From: Octopus bimaculoides
Lineage: Eukaryota
Reading direction: 5' to 3'
DNA: 49,748 nt
Assembly: GCF_001194135.2 (NCBI RefSeq)
Contig: NC_068984.1
Location: 29,412,538-29,462,285 of the forward strand
Below, piece by piece: positions 38,854 to 49,748 of this stretch. The position numbers and the translations under genes were made by a program. The first letter of the stretch is position 1, and each line of letters opens with the position of its first letter. Below the pieces are notes generated by a model that was not told the origin of the DNA, did not search any database, and saw only the letters and a list, made by a program, of their open reading frames with translations.

Positions 38854-39311
38854 GGGGAAAATTGTTAAAGCTGCCACCACCTCATTAATTAGAACCTGTC
38901 TAATTAATGTTATGTAATTTGGGTACGGTGTGACACTTACTGAGGTACTTTGTTACAACTGTCGATATCTCGGAATTATGTTAACAAACTAGTTTTAAAT
39001 GAGTACGTCTTCTGCTTCTTGCATCTAGGAAGTATTATATTAATTAATTAACTGTGCTTTGAACCACCTCATCTCTTAACTGTGATACTGAGAGTCCTCA
39101 TCAGCGAATTTCCCCATTGTTACATGTGCCATCTAGTCGGAATCGTCCTCCATTAACTTCTCAACACACAGATCACACAGAAAGCCCTGTCGTCCCTCGG
39201 TACAGTCAGTGTGTGCCCAGTCTTTACAGATCATGCAGTGCACCCATTCTTCACCTGGAAGGGAGTTGGAATACCAATCTGAGCAGACAAAGCATTTCCA
39301 ATCGGCGACTT
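38456..39311. repeat. Long inverted repeat (~390-bp arms, ~96% identical, 74-nt spacer)
   Basis: 38456-38846 vs reverse complement of 38921-39311; 15 substitutions and no indels by manual alignment. Confidence 0.97.
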
Positions 39312-39373
39312 GCTTGAGGGTGCCAAGGCAAAAAAATGAAAAAAATGTAACAACTGGACCCGGTCGCCCCTAC
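38854..39373 (-). mobile_element. Second deleted pogo-like element (element 2) with an uninterrupted PHD segment
   Basis: Minus strand: terminus gtaggggcgaccgggtccagttgttaca, ~35 nt, then VADWKCFVC...CDLCVEKLMEDDSD* and the 3' region shared with element 1. Confidence 0.65.
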
Positions 39374-39417
39374 AGCTTTCCATCCTTATGAACATGATAC
39401 TGATGTCTATGTGTCCA

Positions 39418-39830
39418 CTACATGGTATCTGGCATACTGGCGTCTCGTATTTGTTGTCTATGAATAGTAAGTCTATTTCTAATAGTGAGTTTTGTTTGAC
39501 TTATATACTCCCCATTATGTCCTTTACCTTTAATAGCATATATTACATTTTTTGACGAACAGATGAAATGATTTTTACAAAGTAAAAATCTGTCCGGATT
39601 TAAATTTATATTTACTGTCTTCAATGAAGTTGATGCAAGTCTCACAAATAGGGCGTCCACACTTTTTCAGTGTTAGTGTGGGGTTTGTGGAGGGTAATTT
39701 AGCACTGGTGAGCAATTTCTTGGGAGATTTCGATTATCTTTTGCTTTTACTTATTTTGTGTAATTCGAGTGATGGCGGAATACTCAGCTTATGGAATGTT
39801 TACTGAATGTGAAGATCCACATTCTTGGAT
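39418..39830 (-). pseudogene. Penelope-like element GIY-YIG endonuclease relic
   Basis: KKLLTSAKL...KKCGRPICETCINFIE / CSSKNVIYAIK...EYISQTKLTIRNRLTIHRQQIRD: Zn-knuckle + VIY...YI(G) arrangement of Penelope ORFs, with frameshift and stop. Confidence 0.8.
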
Positions 39831-40284
39831 ATTCTAAAAATAAATGACTCTGTATGTTTATATTATACATCTAAATTAAACTTCCTTTGCAAGTGATACT
39901 AAACGTTTTATTTTTTCATTTTAAAATTAATCTGTATCTACCTGTTGAAGGAAAAGCCACTTCTAGCCGCCTCTGACAGGCGGTCTGAGTACCACACTTT
40001 CAGTTGTAGTGGAAGCCGAAGATTTTGTGGTAAACCTTACAGAACCATCACAGTACATACCTATTACTTTATGTCAGTTGACATAAACTCCTCACCCATA
40101 TGTCTGTATATATANNNNNNNNNNATATATATAAATATATGTTGTGTCTGTCATTAGCCTATAGGCTCATTAGACGTAGTTTATTTTCCATTGTTTATTT
40201 TCCACTTGAATAGGAAGCTATTTATTTCAAAGTGAATCTAAAATTGCTATTGGTACTAATTTTCAGCTGTGTTAAATGGGGCAA

Positions 40285-40375
40285 TATGAAATAAAGTGTT
40301 TTCCTTAAGAACACAACAACCCACCTGGTGTGGGTATCGGAACCGTCAACATTCCGATCGTGAGTCCACACTAAC
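40285..40375 (-). mobile_element. SINE family B relic
   Basis: gtgaaataaagtgtttt-ccttaagaacacaac matches the reverse complement of the family B body. Confidence 0.5.
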
Positions 40376-41048
40376 AAAAATGACATGTGTTTATATATAA
40401 AGCTGTAGGACTACAACAGCAGGGTGAGATATAAGGAATACCTTGCATTTATCTCTAATATCTCGAGCGAGTAACGAGACACTTACTGGTTGGTTTTTAT
40501 ATCTATATATTTAATCAAAACTAGAGGTCAACTTAACAACAAAAATCTTATTTTTGAGAATAAGAATCCCAGTTTGGTTCTTCTTACTATTCTCAAAATT
40601 TTCAAACTCTTGTCTGTTAGCTCCCTTTAGATATATGAAGATCAGTTAGTTCATTCTTATTCCATACGCTATAAATTCCACCAGTAAAGGAACCTGAAGT
40701 GTGAAGGGTATAGTTAGCGCGTTGTTCGCAGTGAACGTTGACATTACCTTCTTAATGAGGAATGACCTTTAAACCAGATCTCATAAAGCAGCACAATGCT
40801 GACAGCTGAATCACACTTATTCTCTGAAAACAGGACCTAGAATAGGGCAAAGTATAACACACACACAAAGTATTTAAAGTAATGTCCATCATAGAGCTAT
40901 TGTATGCTGGAATCTGACTCTAACATTGGCTTACAATGAGCATTATTACACTTTCGACTTTGATCTATCCCAAATAGATTGTATATATGTATGCATGTAT
41001 ATGAGGATGTATATGAATGAATGTATGTATGAATGCATATGTTTCTGC

Positions 41049-41049
<1 letters not shown>

Positions 41050-41131
<82 letters not shown>

Positions 41132-41235
41132 TATACACATATATATATATAATTATATACATCTAGCTATCTAACGGCTTACCCACCTATTTACTTGCAT
41201 ACGCATCTCTTTTCTCTCTCCTTCCATTCCCCCCC

Positions 41236-41291
<56 letters not shown>

Positions 41292-41420
41292 GCACACACA
41301 CAGACACAGACACAGACACACACGCATACGTGTGTGTGTGTGTGCACATAGTTAAGTGTACACACACACACACACATACATATCCAGAGACGGCGAGTGA
41401 GAAAGAGAGAGAGAGAGAGA
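41050..41420. repeat. (TA)n, (CT)n, (CA)n, (GA)n compound microsatellites
   Basis: Directly visible. Confidence 0.95.
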
Positions 41421-43298
41421 GAAAGAAAGAACAGGAAAGAAACAGACATGGCTGTAACTGATTAAGATAAGGCACACACGTACCCACGCATATGCACATA
41501 TAAATATAGAAGAAGCATCAACTACAAATCCAATATAATGTGTATTATGAAAAACGAATAAATATGCATACAGACCCATATTCCTATATTTATTAAATAC
41601 ATATTTAGTCTCACTGTGAAATTAACTGCAATAGTTACATAAAATGGTTTTCGTGATTTTCTAAAGACGAATGAACCAACTATTTCTATCTCTCTTGACA
41701 CTCAGAGTTCGCTTACTTTTTCTTTCTATGCTACGGGATGTGGATAATCTATGGCTACTCGTTAAAAATATAAAGAATTAATGAATGACGTAATTCGTTT
41801 ACATAACGCTACATGCATACTTATATACATAATCGTTACATTATGTATTCACTAACATTTTGCACCAGTAAGACATTGTTATTATGTAGATATACTACAT
41901 TATCTCGAGTTCAGCTCTCCTCAGATTTGACATCAATGTCATTCTTGCTATGTCTAACCTGTTTTTCACTCAGGCATAATGTAGCCAAGATATCATTATT
42001 CAATATGTATCTCCCTCTCTTCTATTAGGTGTAATAGATATTTGGCTGTTATTTCTTTGAGGTTAATTGATAGACGATTTCTTGCTCGTCTAATTTCATG
42101 AAGTTACTGTTTAACTCTTGGTGTGCTCTGAATGAACAGACTTTGAATGAAAGGAGAGAAAACTGTAGCTATCTCTCTCCTTTTATATCTCGGCCTAAAT
42201 ATATCGGAAATTTCACTAGTTTTGATAGGTTTAACGACCACATCAGGTCTGTCTACTAGCCTGTTCTTAACTCTCAGTATTTATTTTGTTTTATTTCTCT
42301 TAATATATTGCTGTTCCTTAGATTCCTGGCGCTTTTCAAGTATTCTACTAATCATTTTGACCTATATACTTTATTAATGATATCCAGTACCTCCTTTGTG
42401 CTATTGGAGTCGTACATATAAAAGACGACCTAAGTGTAAAGCTGTCAGGCATGCTTGCGTTTGACACAAGTCCAAAAGGTAAATTCTATCTGTTTTAAAT
42501 TGCAGTCATGATTCTGCAATTATGAAATCATTTCAGCTTTAACATAGACCTCACGAAATCTATTGCCAAATAACACCCAAAATATTAATTGGTGTTTTCA
42601 TCACCAAATACATTAAGTAATATTTGCACCAATTTATTGTTATAGTCAATATTTCAGTCGCCCTATATATGCCACTCGGCTTACAGAAAAGAAACTTAGC
42701 GTGAATGAAGAAAATATCAGGAAAGCAAGTTAGCGTTTAAATGGTCAAGTGAAAATATTAGCAGAAAATACTAATAAAAAACAATTGCAACCCAAGTTGT
42801 CTCTGAATGTGCTAGTTAGAGTCAATTTAGATATATATAAAAAAAAAAAAATTACAACCTGAATTTTAGACAAGTTTTGTATTATTTCACAGTTATTTTA
42901 TTAACAGAAAAATACCAGAATACAGGTAAAAATCATCTGTCTCCTGGTCTGAAAACCAATTTTCCCATTGTATTACTTAAATACTTAGTAAGAAGACTAA
43001 GTGCATTAGCTATTATGGGTGTATATAAATTCAAAATCTGGATAGAAAAAGATGTACGGTTGAAAAATAATTTCATTTTCACTTATTTTGAATATATTCA
43101 GCATCACGTATTTTTCAGAGACAAGCCTTCTGGGTAAAACCTACCTAAACAAAAACTATACATATTAATTGTCAAATATATAAAGCACAAAATTTCCAAA
43201 TAATTTACAAATGTTAATTAATGTCTGAATTCAGTATTTTTTTTTTTTGAAACTTTTATTTAGCAGCATATAGAATCCTATGGCATTTTATTTAGCAG

Positions 43299-43652
43299 CA
43301 TATAGAATCCTATGGCATTCAGAGATGTGATTTTCAGGCTAAAAAAACAAGGGTGTGGTATATAGGTTATAATGTTCTATCTGTCAATTGTGAGAGATGT
43401 CTTATGATCAACGAAGTCAACGAGAGAACTGCAATGTGGTCCCCCGAATGGCCAGAAATGGCAGCCAAATTTCTCCCAAATCTCACAGTGCTTTAGGACA
43501 CATTAGATAATATTGCCTTTGATATATAGATAAAATTAGATAACATTGTCTTCTATCCATGGATTGGTTGGAATGCCATTGATCGTAGGTTCACACGATT
43601 TTGATTGAACTGATGCTAAACAACGTAACAGCAAAACCTAGAAAACTGTGAA
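43299..43652 (-). repeat. ~355-bp interspersed repeat, right copy of the inverted pair
   Basis: Reverse complement of 37502-37859; on the minus strand it is followed by a 32-bp duplication, AATAAA and A12 (43237-43248). Confidence 0.9.
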
Positions 43653-45658
43653 AGAAAATCATGAAAATATAAAATATCAAATTATTGAGCAACACCGACA
43701 TCCTACCGAATTACTTCAACAAGGAAACAAAAAAAGGGGGGGGGCGGATTAAGCATTAAAAGATGGTGGGAGCATGTAACAGGTTATACACTCCAGTCCA
43801 AAAACGTAATGATTTTAAATGTTAGACAGAAACAATTTCTGTTGCATTTCTGCCTCATTTATTGTGTAATGATATCAAACTCATGTGCTGTGGATGTAAA
43901 TCCAATGATTTTCGTTATTACTGTCTACAGTGGGTAATGAACTCACGGAATGTCTCTCGTATGCGTGTATATATTCATCGATTGATGGAGTAATGTATGT
44001 AAATATGCATACATGCAGCCATGGATGAATATACATATATATATGTTTTCATTTGGGATTTAATAAAATTTTATTTTTGTGGCAATCAAGTTGGTGGTTA
44101 ACAAAGTGACAAGGCTCGTTTGTTTATTTCAAGACAGATCTTGGGGCCTCTGTGTACGTGAACAGGTTTCCGTGATGGTATGTGTACGAGCGTGCATTGA
44201 TAAACTTGCACTTATATAATAGATGCCCATGTTTCTTTAGTACACAAGTGTGCGCGCTTCATTACTGTTTATGTGTTTGTGTGTCAATGAGTGTGTGCGT
44301 ATCCTATATGTGCATGTGATCGTGTGTATATGTTCAGTCCATAAATCTTAAATGGACTTCCACTGTATGTATGCATGGATGTATGTATATATGTACACGT
44401 ATATATATTGGCTGAGTGCATATTAAAACTGCAATACACGTATCATTACTGAAAGACAAAAGCAGCAATCAAACCATTCAGTAAATAATGATGCTAGGTT
44501 GAATAAATAACTTTTAAAAGTAGATTTACTGAATAAGTAAAACCTGCAGGTTAGTCGCCGCCAAATGGAGCCAAAAGATCTAAATCATTGTATTATTTTG
44601 TCGTAAAACATCGTTATATTAAATGTTTGTAACCACAGTTTATGACACATCAAGAGGTGGCAAACCTTTTAATAATACAATGTCTAATTGTAAATAAACT
44701 ATATATTAAGTGCCTATGATTCTTATTTGATAGATAATTAGTGCCACCTTTTTTCAGTCGGACGGCTCAGGCCATTGTCAATAGACGGCTGTAGTTGATA
44801 ATGATTTATTCATTTCAGTTATCTCAAACAACACATTTATAGGGGCTAATGAGGTGAATAAGTTTAAGGTATTAGTGTAATTTGTAGATTACTCAAAAGG
44901 CAGAGGTAGATCGTTCATCACTGATTATTGATTACGCCACCTTTATTTGATATGTGTCCAGCATTGCAAGACATATTGGGATTTATACAAAGCTTTTATG
45001 ATATTGATTTCTGATATTGCTACAAATTGACTGAATTTCGAAGGAAGAAGTAGTTGATTAAATCTGACCCAGTGTTAAAACGGTACTACATTTTAACGAA
45101 CTCGGAAGGATGAAGGCTTATGGGATAATTATTAAAATGAGGGACCAGTTTGAACTTAGCAATGTTATTCATGCACAAACATATACATACATATACATAC
45201 ATATGATAAGGCCAGGGAGGACCGAAATCACGTGATCTGGTAGTCTCGGCAGTGAGGATGTCTGGGGAGTGTTTATATGTACCAAAAGCCTATATGAGAG
45301 ATTCTTCTATACTAACTATTGTAATATTCTGTGTTGTGACATAGCTTCCACCTTTAAGTGGGAATAAATATTACCTTCGGGTAATAATACTGCTTCTGTT
45401 GTTAATTATAATTTTTTAATAAGCCCGCATACATATATGTATGTGTGTATGGTATGGTAATATTTTATTCGAACTGACAGGTTCAAAAGAAATTTATCAG
45501 GTCATTTAGAATAACGCAGAGTCAAGATTAAAAAAAAAATGATGTCGGGCTCGAATTCAGAACGCAACCATCTAGAGCAATTGCCACTACCACAAGGCAT
45601 TATGTCCGACGCTCTATGGATCTGACAATCTATTGCTCTTAACATGTAGGTATGTATG

Positions 45659-45809
45659 NNNNNNNNNNNNNNNNNNNNNNNNNNNNNNNNNNNNNNNNNN
45701 NNNNNNNNNNNNNNNNNNNNNNNNNNNNNNNNNNNNNNNNNNNNNNNNNNNNNNNNNNNNNNNNNNNNNNNNNNNNNNNNNNNNNNNNNNNNNNNNNNNN
45801 NNNNNNNNN
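45659..45809. other. Assembly gap
   Basis: N run. Confidence 1.
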
Positions 45810-47409
45810 TATATATATATATATGTGTGTGTATACATATATACACATGCACACGTGTAATGAAATTAAAAATATTTATAAAATATATCTATAATACATG
45901 GCATAACTGAATAGAAATCTTATATTAATGATACAAATGTTGAATAGCTAAATAATAAGATTCAGTAAAGCAGAATATTATTCTCAATTGGAAGCATTCA
46001 AAAGTTTAAGCAAATTTCACCATTTTTGACAATCTTCAATGAAGTGTAGTCTATTTCGTAACTCAAAGTAGTGTTTGCAGATTTATTATTAAATATAGAG
46101 TAAATAGTAAATTCAATGGCATAAAGTAAGTTAGGGATTTACTGATTTGCTTACTACCACTTTATAAAGGTATAAAATGGCTGTCATTTTTTGATGAATG
46201 TAAAATACCTAAACAAAGCGATATTTCGTCTTAGCAGGTGAAATATTAATATTAAACTACAGTCATGGTGGAAGTTTTATTGACGATACCGACACCAGAA
46301 ATTATTTCAATCTGGTCTATTTATTGATTGCTTAACTTTCAGTAATGGGACGCAGCTTGACACATCGTTTTAAAAGATGTACGCAAACATATAACTGGAA
46401 GTCATCACAAAATTCAGCGTAGCAGCTTTTCAGGCGAAAATATGAACAATAAACTCACCCACTAAAATTACGCTGCATTTAACTATCACTGCAATAACTC
46501 TTACGCCTTTCAAATCTGTTTTCACTCACCAGAAACAGGTTTCGGTAGAAGTTTCGCCCTCTTATTATTTTTTGTGGTAAATTGCTATACTTTCTATTGA
46601 CTTTTTTTTTCCACAAAACACCTCCCTGTTTATCGACATATTACATCGTGTCTGATCCTCGATCCATACAGTGAGGCCATTCCATATTAGGTATAACATT
46701 AGTTCCATGAAAAAATAAAATCCAAACAGTTAGTAGTGTAACTTCTGGAGCACTTGAATTTCTTTTCTTGTTATACCAATGTATTGTTCTCACTGTAGAC
46801 GCTGCAAGCTTTAATGTTTAGCAATAGGGTTGATCTTTCCCCCGACATACAGGCTTTTAAAAGCATCGAGTTTAATATATAATTTAATCACTTATGCAGT
46901 ACTACCTTCTCGCAATACAATCTCCATTTCCACTTGATGGTCTCTTTTCAGATAATCGAATTGAAGGTAAATCCACGAACGGCGTCAATCAACAATTATT
47001 CACCACAAATATGTAGTGAAAAGTGTAGAACTAGGAAAGAACAGTTTTTTGATTAAAAAAAAATGTCTTATTCTTATTGATATAAGAATGGAAATGAGAA
47101 GATGAAAGTGAAGAACAGTGGTAAGAGGAAGCGTTTATGATTATAGTTAGTTCAAAGAACATTTATGATTTCAGTTAGTTCATAGAAATGTTACTCTTTC
47201 CACCTCTAACTTAAGCCATATTAATTCACGAGCACACACACACATGGGCGCACATATACACTCCCTTGTGTTTTCATACATCATATGTAGCTACAGACAT
47301 TTTTCTGATGCTGATACAGTTATTAATGTTGCAAGTTGGCAATTCAAAATTTGATGTGTTAGTAGTAATGGTGGTGATGGGGGTTGTATTGGATCTGATA
47401 TCAGTGATG

Positions 47410-48231
47410 NNNNNNNNNNNNNNNNNNNNNNNNNNNNNNNNNNNNNNNNNNNNNNNNNNNNNNNNNNNNNNNNNNNNNNNNNNNNNNNNNNNNNNNNNNN
47501 NNNNNNNNNNNNNNNNNNNNNNNNNNNNNNNNNNNNNNNNNNNNNNNNNNNNNNNNNNNNNNNNNNNNNNNNNNNNNNNNNNNNNNNNNNNNNNNNNNNN
47601 NNNNNNNNNNNNNNNNNNNNNNNNNNNNNNNNNNNNNNNNNNNNNNNNNNNNNNNNNNNNNNNNNNNNNNNNNNNNNNNNNNNNNNNNNNNNNNNNNNNN
47701 NNNNNNNNNNNNNNNNNNNNNNNNNNNNNNNNNNNNNNNNNNNNNNNNNNNNNNNNNNNNNNNNNNNNNNNNNNNNNNNNNNNNNNNNNNNNNNNNNNNN
47801 NNNNNNNNNNNNNNNNNNNNNNNNNNNNNNNNNNNNNNNNNNNNNNNNNNNNNNNNNNNNNNNNNNNNNNNNNNNNNNNNNNNNNNNNNNNNNNNNNNNN
47901 NNNNNNNNNNNNNNNNNNNNNNNNNNNNNNNNNNNNNNNNNNNNNNNNNNNNNNNNNNNNNNNNNNNNNNNNNNNNNNNNNNNNNNNNNNNNNNNNNNNN
48001 NNNNNNNNNNNNNNNNNNNNNNNNNNNNNNNNNNNNNNNNNNNNNNNNNNNNNNNNNNNNNNNNNNNNNNNNNNNNNNNNNNNNNNNNNNNNNNNNNNNN
48101 NNNNNNNNNNNNNNNNNNNNNNNNNNNNNNNNNNNNNNNNNNNNNNNNNNNNNNNNNNNNNNNNNNNNNNNNNNNNNNNNNNNNNNNNNNNNNNNNNNNN
48201 NNNNNNNNNNNNNNNNNNNNNNNNNNNNNNN
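47410..48231. other. Assembly gap
   Basis: N run. Confidence 1.
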
Positions 48232-48266
<35 letters not shown>

Positions 48267-49584
48267 CATACATACATACGTATACACACACATAAAACAC
48301 ATACACACACGCACGCACACACACATATATACACACATGTGCATGTATGAATGTACATGCTCAATACCTAGATAGATAGAGAAATAGATAGGCAGATATT
48401 CATTGTGATCTAAGGAAATAGACAAAGACACACACAAACGTTGACAATGAAAAATTTCACCCTTCCATTCTGTAAGTATTTACAGAGCCGCATATGCAAG
48501 CACTTATCCACAAGCACAGCCCCCCCCCCACTTCCGTACAAGTACCCCGACTCTCACTCTCTCTCTCTCATATATATATATATAAATATATGTATCATGA
48601 TTACATATTTTCCAAATGTTAACTATAGTTTGATCTTAGATCGTCGACAAGCAGCCTTTGGGTTAAGAAGAAAGTGTAGTATTTAAACTGTCAAAATTTA
48701 TCCGAGAATCCATAAGAACGAAATTATAGACCGTATCTCAAAATTAGTGGTCTTTACAATTTCTGTAAAACCCGAATTCCATAATCTGAACTAGCCGTAA
48801 ACTGGAGATGCCTGTATATTAAATGATCCAGTTGGATATGCCGGCGTTACTTAGACATTAAATCGAACCACCGAAACAAAAATTTACATTCAGTTCAGCT
48901 TGCATTGAAAATGGTTGTGGAAGTTTGATTGTTTAGTTACAGTAATATTGAACGAATAATTAAAGAAGATAAATTGATCAAGAGAAGAGAAATGCTATTA
49001 TGCTTCTTTTTCTTCATAATAATGTTGCTGGAAACCACAAGAATATGGTTCTTTCTGTTAAATGTTTTGAAGAATTTTGAAACTATGTTTGTTGGCAACG
49101 TGTCAAGAATATTTTGATTGATGATAAACTTGTTTTCACGCGGAAAAATCCAATTCATTTTGCACGGCCGTTCGTTAAGATCACTTGTGTAAAGGTAGTG
49201 GTCTTAAGTTGGGTTCGACATCCTTTTCCACGCGAGATAAATGTGTTATCCTCCATTACTCAACTGATTGAATTAAGTATATATCTCAGACAATCTCTCA
49301 TCTATGATGTTTTAGCATGTGGCAGCCATTTTGTTTTCGGTTATTCTTGCTCTAGTCAGTCTATTTGATAAGGCGATTATACGATATCTGACGTAAATGT
49401 TAAAATGTTTTCCATCAAACACATCAAGATTCCCTTTCAATTTGATTTATCAGAAATTACAAAAGGTACTGCTTTCTCCGACAATTCTGTTTCCTCGCTT
49501 GCTTATGTGACGTGTAAGTCAAATACATTTTATTAGAAAGGAAATTATTTCCCAGTTAATTTATACCTATAAAAGAACAATCTA

Positions 49585-49589
49585 TCTAA

Positions 49590-49641
<52 letters not shown>

Positions 49642-49644
49642 ATT

Positions 49645-49709
<65 letters not shown>

Positions 49710-49710
49710 T
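49585..49710. repeat. (TATC)n microsatellite
   Basis: Directly visible. Confidence 0.95.
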
Positions 49711-49748
49711 TATTCGACTGCCTACCTGTCCGACTGCCTGCTTGTCCG

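Noticed and set aside
39951-40029. Candidate + exon EKPLLAASDRRSEYHTFSCSGSRRFC
   Set aside because: Modest acceptor, and its phase does not follow the candidate chain.
37502-43652. A single 6.1-kb DNA transposon with 355-bp TIRs
   Set aside because: No TSD at the outer ends and no intact transposase inside; the right copy has a poly(A)-like tail. Kept only as an inverted pair.
47266-48437. Longest ORFs in the track (also at 16.0, 19.3, 22.6 and 45.5 kb)
   Set aside because: They span N gaps; the length is an artefact.
48929-49368. ORFs of 62-84 aa near the right end
   Set aside because: No motif, splice support or recognisable family; the lengths are within chance.

Overview
AT-rich, repeat-dense eukaryotic DNA with many microsatellites and several N gaps. 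The SINE families and repeat landscape look like an Octopus (coleoid cephalopod) draft genome; that is inferred from pattern recognition, not a database hit. No recognisable intact host gene was found. Most provided ORFs come from microsatellites or span gaps. Supported content: (i) two stacks of 5'-truncated R4/Dong-like RLE retrotransposons at (TAA)n arrays (4.36-6.02 kb on +, 26.07-27.25 kb on -) and a third RLE family beside a (TACA)n array; (ii) a full-length but decayed ~1.27 kb mariner; (iii) at least four tRNA-derived SINE families, an hAT-type MITE, a palindromic MITE, a Penelope GIY-YIG relic and a possible Helitron; (iv) two tail-to-tail deleted pogo-like elements forming a ~390 bp, ~96% identical inverted repeat (38456-38846/38921-39311), nested inside a ~355 bp, ~92% inverted pair (37502-37859/43299-43652). 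In the inner hairpin, the UAG that interrupts a transposase-derived HTH-linker-PHD ORF would sit in an A-C mismatch, a favoured ADAR configuration. Editing would give Trp and a 142-aa product. This is the most striking hypothesis, and it is untested. A weak chain of phase-compatible + strand exons starting with a signal-peptide-like exon is offered at low confidence.
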